Source of the DNA: Microbacteriaceae bacterium
GTDB taxonomy: Bacteria > Actinomycetota > Actinomycetes > Actinomycetales > Microbacteriaceae
DNA: 64,000 nt
Assembly (NCBI GenBank): GCA_025463565.1
Contig: JAODAT010000001.1
Coordinates: 9,490 to 73,489, forward strand
Reading direction: 5' to 3'
The stretch's first letter is position 1. Each line of letters begins with the position of its first letter. Shown here piece after piece: positions 10,184-17,916 of this stretch. Made by a program: the position numbers and the translations under genes. The notes beneath the pieces were generated by a model, which did not search any database, was not told the DNA's origin, and was given only the letters and a program-made list of their open reading frames with translations.

Positions 10184-10768
10184 ATGGCGACATCCACACG
10201 CACTGCTCTTCTGATGGCCGCGGTGTTCTCGGTCAGCGCTGCCGCTCTCACCGGCTGCGTCTGGCAGTCGACAACGCCAACGTCGACCTCGACGTCGCTC
10301 AGCTCCCCGACCGACTCTCCGACGGCCACCGTCACGCCGAGCCCCGCGCCCACTGCGGGAACTCCGGCGACGCCGTTCTCGATCGCGTGCAACACGCTGG
10401 TCTCCCCGCAGACCATCTACAACTTCAATCCCAACTTCACCCTACAGGCCGCCTACGCGCCGAAATCCGGCACCGCTGCCTTTGCCGCGGCCGTCGACTC
10501 CGGAACCGCCTGCAACTGGGTGAACGACACGAGCGGCGATACCCTCACCGTGTCCGTCGCCCGCCCGGGTTCGATCGAATTCGCTTCGCTCAAGAGTTCG
10601 GCGGCCAAGGGAACGCCGGTCTCGGGCTATGGCGATGCCGCCTACTTCTCCGGCGCCCGGATCGACGTGTTCAGCGGCGAGTTCTGGCTGGTCGTGCAGT
10701 CGGTTCAGTTCTCGAGCGCGAACGACGCTGCAGCGATAACGAAGTCTGCGCTGGCGCAGCTCCACTAG
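10184..10768 (+). CDS. Putative lipoprotein
   Basis: Signal with LTGC lipobox, S/T/P-rich linker, paired Cys (IACNTL...ACNW). It is the 3' part of the 797-aa shadow ORF. Confidence 0.75.
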   Translation: MATSTRTALLMAAVFSVSAAALTGCVWQSTTPTSTSTSLSSPTDSPTATVTPSPAPTAGTPATPFSIACNTLVSPQTIYNFNPNFTLQAAYAPKSGTAAFAAAVDSGTACNWVNDTSGDTLTVSVARPGSIEFASLKSSAAKGTPVSGYGDAAYFSGARIDVFSGEFWLVVQSVQFSSANDAAAITKSALAQLH

Positions 10769-10798
10769 CGCGACTCCGCCCGCCGCAGTCAACCGGCA

Positions 10799-11593
10799 CT
10801 ACCTCAGCTGCACCAGCAGCGACGGGTCGTCGACCGGCAGCTCGTCGACGACGGCGAGCACGCTCAGGTCGCGGAGCGTGATGTTCGCCCAGTGGTTGGT
10901 GAGGAACGCGATGTCCGCCGCGTCCCGGCCGGTGGAGATGCGCACCAGGCTCTGCCGTGGGGCGAGGCCCGTCGCGTCGACGATGTGCCAGGTGCCGTCC
11001 ACGTACGCCTCGGCCACGGCGTGGAAGTCCATCGGGCTGAGGCCCGGCGCATAGACCGCCACCATCCGTGCCGGCACATCGATCCCGCGCAGCAGCGCGA
11101 TCACCAGGTGCGCGTAGTCGCGGCAGACACCCTGGCGGGCAAGCAGCGTGCCGACGGCGCCGTCGGTCACCCGACTGGAGCCGGGAACGTAGTACAGGCG
11201 GTCGTGCACCCAGGTGCCGATCGCGTCGAGCAGGGCGGTACCGCTGAGGCCGCCGAACTCGGACTGCGCCGTGGGGGCGAGCGAGTCGGACTCGCAGTAA
11301 CGGCTCGGTCGCAGGTAGACGATGAGATCCATCGGGTCGACCGGGGCGGGCAGCGCCTGGCCGCGCACGGCCGCCGAATAGTCGACGGTCATCCGGCCCT
11401 GTTCTGAGATCAGTTCGTGCAGTCGTGACCCGTGCCGGTCGACGAGTTCGGCCGGCAGCAGGCGCTGGCCGTTCAGCACGATGTCGAGCTTTTCAGACTC
11501 GAGCAGGTTGGCCTGGGCGACGGCGAGGCTGAACACCATGTTGGTTCGCCCCGCGACGTCGATCTCGAGGTGGGCTGACACGTTACGAAGCAT
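10799..11593 (-). CDS. Transglutaminase-like family protein
   Basis: GVCRDYAHL, DFHAVAE and DAT supply a Cys-His-Asp triad; GRDAAD. Confidence 0.9.
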   Translation of the reverse strand: MLRNVSAHLEIDVAGRTNMVFSLAVAQANLLESEKLDIVLNGQRLLPAELVDRHGSRLHELISEQGRMTVDYSAAVRGQALPAPVDPMDLIVYLRPSRYCESDSLAPTAQSEFGGLSGTALLDAIGTWVHDRLYYVPGSSRVTDGAVGTLLARQGVCRDYAHLVIALLRGIDVPARMVAVYAPGLSPMDFHAVAEAYVDGTWHIVDATGLAPRQSLVRISTGRDAADIAFLTNHWANITLRDLSVLAVVDELPVDDPSLLVQLR

Positions 11594-11647
11594 GCCCCGA
11601 TGATGTCATGTCCCCGTAACGCGCCGATGACGAGAGCCAGGGGTTGA

Positions 11648-12082
11648 CTAGGGGCAGGTGAGCGTGCCGTCGAACACGACGGACTTGCCGCCGATGTCGT
11701 CGTAGACGTGCACGCTCGACAGGGTCCAGGTGTTGCCGTCGCTCGACACGGTCGGCAGTGACGGGTCCTTGTCGGGTGCCGTAGCGAAGGCCACGGCGCT
11801 GGGGCCGACGAAGCCGGCCTCCCTCACCGAGATCGTGCCCGGATACTTCGTGCCGTTGATGACGGCGTAGATGGCCATGATGCCGGGCGAGATGCAGTTG
11901 TTGGCAACGACGGTTCCGGTGTAGTCACCGGTGATCTTGCCGCCGGCCGACGAGGACGACCCGCCGGACCCCGAGCTCGACCCGCCACCGCTCGAGCCCG
12001 CCGTTCCGCCGGATGCCGAGCAGGCGCTGAGGACGAGAACGGATGCGACCGCGACGGCCGCTGCGATACCGGTGAGCTTCAT
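11648..12082 (-). CDS. Small putative lipoprotein
   Basis: MKLTGIAAAVAVASVLVLSAC lipobox, G/S linker, terminal GTLTCP. Confidence 0.7.
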   Translation of the reverse strand: MKLTGIAAAVAVASVLVLSACSASGGTAGSSGGGSSSGSGGSSSSAGGKITGDYTGTVVANNCISPGIMAIYAVINGTKYPGTISVREAGFVGPSAVAFATAPDKDPSLPTVSSDGNTWTLSSVHVYDDIGGKSVVFDGTLTCP

Positions 12083-12165
12083 GCTTTGATTCTGCGCGCG
12101 AGGCTCCGGCGGCAATACGGGGGTAAACGCCAGAACTTCGCTGGTAACCTAATGGACGTTCCCGG

Positions 12166-12240
12166 GCCCCCATAGCTCAGGGGATAGAGCACTGCCCTCC
12201 GGAGGCAGGGGCGGCAGTTCGAATCTGCCTGGGGGCACCA
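12166..12240 (+). tRNA. tRNA-Arg(CCG)
   Basis: GCCCCCA/TGGGGGC acceptor stem, CTGCC-CTCCGGA-GGCAG anticodon arm, GGCAG-TTCGAAT-CTGCC T arm, encoded CCA; TGGTAACCT -10 upstream. Confidence 0.97.
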
Positions 12241-12248
12241 CACACCTT

Positions 12249-12659
12249 TTAGTCGGCGAGCAGCCTCTCGAGCATCCCGCCTAACACCGCCCGCTCGTCC
12301 GCGTCGAGCGGCGCGAACGACTCCCCCACCACTCGCTCCGTGACCTCTCTTCCCGCGGCGAACACGCGCTCTCCCTCGGGTGTGAGCTCCGGGCGGATCG
12401 CGCGGCCGGCGCCGCTCACTCGACGGATGAGCCCGCGGGCCTCGAGCCGCGCGGCGAGGGTACCGAAAGCCTGGTCGGTCTGGAAGGTCAGAATGGCGAG
12501 ATCGTGAAGCGACGCACCGGGGTTCGCGTGCAGGTGCCGGAGGGCGTCCCACTGCACGAGAGACACGTCGAGCGGCCGGAGCGCCTCGGTCGCCGCCCGG
12601 TGGTTTCTCACCTGAAGGCGCTTCACGGCCAGTCCCAGTTCCGCCGTTGTCATTGCCAT
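12249..12659 (-). CDS. MarR family transcriptional regulator
   Basis: wHTH pattern VSLVQWDAL..L...PG.S..DLA...RLEARGLIRR...LTPEG; divergent from a hydrolase. Confidence 0.88.
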   Translation of the reverse strand: MAMTTAELGLAVKRLQVRNHRAATEALRPLDVSLVQWDALRHLHANPGASLHDLAILTFQTDQAFGTLAARLEARGLIRRVSGAGRAIRPELTPEGERVFAAGREVTERVVGESFAPLDADERAVLGGMLERLLAD

Positions 12660-12722
12660 TGCTTCACTCTAGACCCATAAATCCACTTGCTTATATAACT
12701 ATGTTGATATAGCGTCTTCGTC

Positions 12723-13502
12723 ATGAGCACAACACTCTCCCTCACCATCCCTACGTCCTTCGGCGACATCCCCCTCGACGCGGACGAGCGCGGCACCGGC
12801 CGGCCGGTGGTCATGCTCCACGGCGGAGGCGGCCCCGTTTCCGTGACCGCTTTCGCCGACCTTCTCGCCGACGCGACCGGCACGCGCGTGATCGTTCCGG
12901 TCCACCCGGGATTCGGCGGTACACCCCGCCCGGAATCGCTCACCACGATCGGCGGCCTCGCCGAGGTCTACGCGGGTCTGCTCGATGCTCTCGAACTGGA
13001 CGATGCCGTCGTGGTCGGCAACTCGATGGGCGGCTGGATCACCGCGGAGCTGGCGCTGCTGCACCCGTCCCGCCTCGGCTGCGTCTCAATCATCGACGGC
13101 GTCGGCATCGAGGTGGATGGGCATCCGATCGCCGAGATCGCTTCTCCCGCCGACCTCATCGCGCGCAGCTGGTACGACCCGTCCAGGGCTCCGAACCTCG
13201 ATCCCTCGACAATGCCACCCGCACTCCAGCAGATCTTCGCGGGCAACCGCGCGGCGCTCGCCCTCTACGCCGGCGGGATGACCGATGCGACACTTCTCGG
13301 GCGCCTCGCCGTCATCGATGTGCCCGCACTCGTTCTGTGGGGACAAGCTGACCGCATTGCTGATGCGGACTACGGCCGTGCATTCGCCGCCGCGATCCCC
13401 GGTGCGCGCTTCGAAATCCTGCCCCACACTGGGCACGTTCCCCAGATGGAAACACCAGACCTGCTTCTCGAAGCGCTCCGCCCATTTATCGCCCACAAGT
13501 GA
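12723..13502 (+). CDS. Alpha/beta fold hydrolase
   Basis: LHGGG, GNSMGG nucleophile elbow, WGQADRI, GHVPQME. Confidence 0.92.
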   Translation: MSTTLSLTIPTSFGDIPLDADERGTGRPVVMLHGGGGPVSVTAFADLLADATGTRVIVPVHPGFGGTPRPESLTTIGGLAEVYAGLLDALELDDAVVVGNSMGGWITAELALLHPSRLGCVSIIDGVGIEVDGHPIAEIASPADLIARSWYDPSRAPNLDPSTMPPALQQIFAGNRAALALYAGGMTDATLLGRLAVIDVPALVLWGQADRIADADYGRAFAAAIPGARFEILPHTGHVPQMETPDLLLEALRPFIAHK

Positions 13503-13519
13503 ATCGCGAGGGAATTCGG

Positions 13520-13538
13520 TGTTACAAGTTTGTTACAA
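13520..13538. promoter_or_regulatory. TGTTACAA direct repeat with 11-bp period (OmpR-family, MtrA/GlnR-like box candidate)
   Basis: tgttacaa-gtt-tgttacaa in an AT-rich intergenic stretch about 40 bp upstream of -10 TAAAGT (13577-13582). Confidence 0.45.
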
Positions 13539-13588
13539 AGACCAATCTGTCTACTTGTATGCGTTCGCACGTTCAATAAAGTGCTGGT

Positions 13589-13668
13589 TGGGTATCCCCG
13601 TCCCCTGATCCGGCGAGGATGCCTCGGGCCCGGCGGATTGTGGTTACTCCTCCGGGCCCACCTTCGTC
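13589..13668 (+). ncRNA. Candidate two-hairpin small RNA, copy A
   Basis: -10 TAAAGT at 13577-13582. Stem GGTATCC/GGATGCC around loop CCTGATCC; stem GGGCCCGG/CCGGGCCC around loop TTGTGGTTAC. Paralog at 14542. Confidence 0.6.
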
Positions 13669-13710
13669 GGGGTAGCATTTCCTGCAGACTCTGGGAGGAC
13701 GTGAATTTCG

Positions 13711-13893
13711 GTGAGCGACAAATCGGTGAGTGACAAATCGGTGAGTGACAAGCTGCAGGCGGTCGTCGACCAGGCGCACGAGGCCTACGTGGCCGGGCCC
13801 GCAACGGTGAACCGCAAGCTGAACCAGGTGGACAAGGTGCTCGGTGCCGCAGTCGAGGCCATCCAGGATCTGGACGAAACGAACAACGCCTAG
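13711..13893 (+). CDS. Small hypothetical protein (60 aa)
   Basis: SD GGAGGA at 13694-13699, GC-rich third positions, 3 x 15-bp repeat (SDKSV) at the start. Confidence 0.6.
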   Translation: MSDKSVSDKSVSDKLQAVVDQAHEAYVAGPATVNRKLNQVDKVLGAAVEAIQDLDETNNA

Positions 13894-13909
13894 CTGCCGA
13901 CGGCCGGTT

Positions 13910-14257
13910 TTACTGCAGCGGCTCCCAGTAATCGGCGTCGGGTTCGACATGGTCGACCGGTGCGGCCGTGCTGACGTGACCTGACATGGCGAGTTCGCTC
14001 GTGCGCTTGCGAAGTTCCGCAACCGCTGCTCGTGTGTCGGGTTCGTCGAATTTCGAGGTAGCGGGCAGCACGAACACCTCGCTCGACGGACCGATCACCA
14101 GATCTGCCGTGATCCGCGCACCTGTACCGTCGATCGCCGGCACGTGCACCACCGCGGCGAAGTCGCTCAACGCAGCGGCCGCCGTGAAATCAAGCAGCGC
14201 GGCCGCCGCTTCGTCGCTCGTGATGAACGACTCTCCCCCATAAGACACTGTCCTCAT
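13910..14257 (-). CDS. Hypothetical protein (115 aa)
   Basis: MRTVSYGGESFITSDEAAAALLDF...LVIGPSSE; -10-like CACCAT 7 nt before the ATG suggests a leaderless start. Confidence 0.7.
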   Translation of the reverse strand: MRTVSYGGESFITSDEAAAALLDFTAAAALSDFAAVVHVPAIDGTGARITADLVIGPSSEVFVLPATSKFDEPDTRAAVAELRKRTSELAMSGHVSTAAPVDHVEPDADYWEPLQ

Positions 14258-14331
14258 GCGCCTCATGGTGCTCCCGATCTGGACAGCGCGCGAGTGTGTT
14301 GCCAATTGACGTATCCGGGAGTACGCAGGCC

Positions 14332-14431
14332 GACAGGAGGGCCGGGAGTTACCCGAAAACCCCGGCCCTCCCTCGGGGAAGCGCCGACACCCCGCGAAAT
14401 GGTTACCCACGCGGGACGGATTCGACGTTCG
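14332..14431 (-). ncRNA. Candidate hairpin small RNA C (GGGUAAC in both hairpins)
   Basis: Minus-strand -10 TACCAT (14443-14438). Stems CCCGCG/CGCGGG and an 11-bp GGAGGGCCGGG/CCCGGCCCTCC. Confidence 0.45.
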
Positions 14432-14541
14432 ACAACGATGGTAGCCCACCACTGTGCCGCCGGGAAGAATGGGGGGTCTGTCCCCGAACTGGGACCCTCC
14501 GAAACCTCGGAACGCGGGCGCACCTGAGGTACAGTCCTGTG

Positions 14542-14620
14542 TGGCTGCCACTTCTTCCTGATCCGAGAACGGCAGCCAGGGCTCGGCGGATTGTGGTTAC
14601 TTCGCCGAGCCCGCCTCATC
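14542..14620 (+). ncRNA. Candidate two-hairpin small RNA, copy B
   Basis: -10 TACAGT at 14530-14535. Stem TGGCTGCC/GGCAGCCA around loop CCTGATCC; stem GGGCTCGGCG/CGCCGAGCCC around loop TTGTGGTTAC; pyrimidine tail. Confidence 0.6.
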
Positions 14621-14675
14621 TCCTCCGTTCTGCAAGCAGTTACGGCAGCGCGGTTGCGCCACTACTATCGCGTCT

Positions 14676-16370
14676 GTGGGGAATGCCGCTGACCTGTCGC
14701 GCGTACTGGCGTACGTCGCCGCGCTGAGATCGGACGAGGCCGTCGAATACTGCCTCACGCGATACCGCGAGGGCGGATCCGCGTATGTGAAGGCACTCCT
14801 GTCGTTCAGTTACTTCCACCTGCGGCAGTACGAGCTCGCCACGGAACTGGCTGCGGAGGCGATGGCCGAATCGGCCGATGACTCCGAGGCGCTCATGACC
14901 GCCAGGGCAGCTGCGGGGCTTGCGGCAGCCGCCTGGCCGGTGGTGGTCTCCCCCACGGCACGCCCCGACATGCTCGTTGCCGCGCTGCGTGACCTGCACA
15001 CGCTCGACCGGTCCGACAGCGACTGCCGAGTGTTCACCTATTACCTTCTTGCCGAGGCATCCATCGCCTGCGCACGACTCGACCTGGCCACGCAGTTCGT
15101 CGAGCGATCGGGCACACTGCCCACCGACTTTCTGGCGAGCGACTCCGTTCCCCATCCGTACCTGGCGGTCATGTACATCATGCGGATGCGAGTGCTCGGT
15201 TTTCAGGGTCGGGTTACCGAGGCTCTCGAGCTCGGCGCCCTCGCCCGGGTGCCGGCGAACGGCCCCGTGATGACCGTGCTTCTCGACTCCACTCTCTGCT
15301 TTCTGCACGGAACGGCGCTGACCGGGCCGACGGTGACCGCACTGGCCGATCGGCTCGCCAGCGAACTGCCCCAGCCGATCGATTACATCTCCACCGGCTG
15401 CTACCTCCTGGTCGCCTACGGACTGATCGCCACCGGCGACGCCGCCAGGGCGGCAGAGTTCACCCTTCTGGCGGGTGCCAACGCCGGGCTCGAAGCGCTC
15501 TCCATCATCGACCGGGCACTCGGCCTCGAGATGCTCACCGCATCAGCAGTCGGGATGCAGGATCTCGACGCCGCCGAGGCGTGGCGCGAACAGGGCGAGA
15601 TACTGCTTTCGCACCCGATATCGCGCCCGACCATCGAACGACTGGTGAGTCGCGTCGAATTGCTGGCCGGGCATCCGGTCGAGGCCGCCGCGTGGGCGCA
15701 ACTCTCGATCGAGCACTCCGTGGTCGACGGTCGTGTTGTCGAGGCCACGGAGGGCGAACTGCTGCTCACCCAAGCCCGTCAGGTGCTCGCGGAAAGCGGG
15801 ATCTCTGTCGGCGCTCTCGAGACGACAGTGGCCGAGGCGCTGGGCAGTGGCGCCTTCGCGGCCCGACGACCCGCCGCGAGCGAACGACGTACGGCCGGTC
15901 GTCGCCTACGCCCGGAGTCCGGCACCGGCTGGGCGGGACTCTCCCCCCGCGAGCGAGAGGTGGCCCGCCTCATCACCGAAGGACTGGGCAACCAGGCCAT
16001 CGCTGCACAGCTCCACCTCTCCCAGCACACTGTCCGCGCGCACGTCTCACGTGTGCTCGCCGCCTTCGGGGTGGCCTCCCGGTTCGCGGTGGCCGCGCGT
16101 CTCGCCGAGGTGCTGCCCACCGCGCCGACCATCGGATCGGGAGCGGCGCTAACCCCTCGGCAGGAGGCGGTGGTCGACCGGATCGTGCTCGGTCGCAGTA
16201 ACGACGAGATCGCGCGTGATCTGGGCATCAGCATCAAGACGGTCGAGAAACACGTGAGCGAGGTGCTACGGCGCTGGGAGGTCAGCTCCCGCATCGGCAT
16301 CGCCCGGGTCGCGCTCGGGAACACGTCACCGACGGATCCCTCGCGCGTGGACGATCGACCGACAGCGTGA
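14676..16370 (+). CDS. LuxR-family regulator with two C-terminal HTH domains
   Basis: LSPREREVARLITEGLGNQAIAAQLHLSQHTVRAHV and LTPRQEAVVDRIVLGRSNDEIARDLGISIKTVEKHV; -10 TACTAT 7 nt before the GTG. Confidence 0.88.
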   Translation: MGNAADLSRVLAYVAALRSDEAVEYCLTRYREGGSAYVKALLSFSYFHLRQYELATELAAEAMAESADDSEALMTARAAAGLAAAAWPVVVSPTARPDMLVAALRDLHTLDRSDSDCRVFTYYLLAEASIACARLDLATQFVERSGTLPTDFLASDSVPHPYLAVMYIMRMRVLGFQGRVTEALELGALARVPANGPVMTVLLDSTLCFLHGTALTGPTVTALADRLASELPQPIDYISTGCYLLVAYGLIATGDAARAAEFTLLAGANAGLEALSIIDRALGLEMLTASAVGMQDLDAAEAWREQGEILLSHPISRPTIERLVSRVELLAGHPVEAAAWAQLSIEHSVVDGRVVEATEGELLLTQARQVLAESGISVGALETTVAEALGSGAFAARRPAASERRTAGRRLRPESGTGWAGLSPREREVARLITEGLGNQAIAAQLHLSQHTVRAHVSRVLAAFGVASRFAVAARLAEVLPTAPTIGSGAALTPRQEAVVDRIVLGRSNDEIARDLGISIKTVEKHVSEVLRRWEVSSRIGIARVALGNTSPTDPSRVDDRPTA

Positions 16371-17905
16371 ACCGCGTCAGCCGGCGGGCGGTGCTCGGGG
16401 CCGGCGCAATCGGCGTCGCCGGGCTACTCGCGGCCTGCGCCCCCGTTCACCCGGGTCCCACCCCCACCCCGACGCCACCGGGGCCACCGGCCTGGTCCGC
16501 GCTGAAGTCTGCCGTCGGCGGATCTCTCGCACTGCCGGGAGACGCGGACTACGACACCGTGCGGCTCACCGAGAATCCACGCTGGGACGACGCCCGACCG
16601 CTTGCCGTGCTCACCGTGACGTCGGCATCCGATGTCGCGGCCGCCCTCGCGTTCGCGAAAAAGTATCGCCTTCCGGTCGCCCTCCGGTCCGGCGGTCACA
16701 GCTACCCCGGCTATTCGGCGGGCGGCGCGGCCGGTACCGATGTTGTGCCATCGCTCGTGATCGACACCAGGGGCCTCACGACCGTGGCGCTCGCTGCCGA
16801 CAACACGGCGACCATCGGCGCCGGCGCATCCCTCGCCCAGGTCTACGACAGCATCGGTAACGCCGGACGTTCGCTCGCGGGCGGCTCGTGCGCCACGGTC
16901 GGCATGACCGGCCTCACCCTCGGCGGCGGAGTCGGCGTGCTCGTGCGCGCGTACGGGCTCACCTGCGACAGCCTCACCGCTGTGGAAATCGTCACCGCCG
17001 ACGGCACAGTGCACACGGCTAACGCGAAGAGCGACGCCGACCTGTTCTGGGCCTGTCGCGGCGGCGGCGGCGGTCACCTCGGTGTCGTCACCTCGCTCAC
17101 CTTCAGCACCCAGCCGGCGCCCACCGTCACCATGTTCTCGCTCAGCTGGCCGGCCTCATCCGCCCCTGCCGTGGTCGCCGCCTGGCAGGCCTGGGCGCCC
17201 TCGGCCGACCCCAAGCTGTGGTCGACGCTCAAACTGCTGAACGGCGCCGCGTACACCACCGGGCTCGGCGTGTTCCTCTCCGGCACGTGGCTCGGCGCCG
17301 CGGCGGACCTCGCCGGGCAACTCGCGCCGCTCCTCGCCGCCGCGGGGCAGCCCAGCAAGAACGGCTCATCTCAGCACAACTATCACGACGCGATGATGAT
17401 CTATGCGGGGTGCTCGGGCGTGCCGGTCGCCCGATGCACTACCGCTGCGGGCGGGTCGCTAACCCGGGAATCGTTCTCGGCCACCTCGCATATCGCCTAT
17501 CACCCGCTCGACGCGGCAGGCATCCAGACGCTCGTTGCCCAGGCGACCGCAGCCAAAGGGGTGGCGGGCATCAAAGAGGGCGGAATCTCGATGGATGCCC
17601 TGGGCGGCCAGGTGGGCGCGCTCAGCTCGGACGCGACGGCCTTCCCGCACCGCAGCGCCCTCTTCTCGGTGCAGTACACGGCGACCTTCCCGGATGGCAC
17701 GAACCCCGCGCCGCTCGATACATACGTGCGCGGGTTCCGCGCTGCGATGGTGCCGGAGTGGGGAGACGGCGCCTACGTGAACTACGCCGATGCGTCGCTG
17801 GCCGACCCCGCCACGTCGTATTTCGCCGGCAACGCTTCACGGCTTGCGAGCATCCGCAAACGCTACGACCCGACGGGATTCTTCACGCAGCCGCAGTCGT
17901 ACTGA
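16367..17905 (+). CDS. Tat-exported FAD-linked oxidase (BBE-like), probable lipoprotein
   Basis: SRRAVL twin-Arg signal with LAAC; RSGGHS FAD motif; C-terminal AYVNY..KRYDP. Confidence 0.9.
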   Translation: MNRVSRRAVLGAGAIGVAGLLAACAPVHPGPTPTPTPPGPPAWSALKSAVGGSLALPGDADYDTVRLTENPRWDDARPLAVLTVTSASDVAAALAFAKKYRLPVALRSGGHSYPGYSAGGAAGTDVVPSLVIDTRGLTTVALAADNTATIGAGASLAQVYDSIGNAGRSLAGGSCATVGMTGLTLGGGVGVLVRAYGLTCDSLTAVEIVTADGTVHTANAKSDADLFWACRGGGGGHLGVVTSLTFSTQPAPTVTMFSLSWPASSAPAVVAAWQAWAPSADPKLWSTLKLLNGAAYTTGLGVFLSGTWLGAAADLAGQLAPLLAAAGQPSKNGSSQHNYHDAMMIYAGCSGVPVARCTTAAGGSLTRESFSATSHIAYHPLDAAGIQTLVAQATAAKGVAGIKEGGISMDALGGQVGALSSDATAFPHRSALFSVQYTATFPDGTNPAPLDTYVRGFRAAMVPEWGDGAYVNYADASLADPATSYFAGNASRLASIRKRYDPTGFFTQPQSY

Positions 17906-17916
17906 AACAGGCGCCT

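Noticed and set aside
12650-12946. Minus-strand ORFs overlapping the hydrolase start, and the 13530-13733 ORF
   Set aside because: They overlap better-supported features and have no recognisable motifs.
13589-14620. CRISPR array explanation for the repeated motifs
   Set aside because: Only two diverged copies about 950 bp apart, no regular spacers and no cas genes.
12166-17905. Genomic island integrated at tRNA-Arg
   Set aside because: The content looks accessory, but I found no integrase and no duplicate of the tRNA 3' end (attR).
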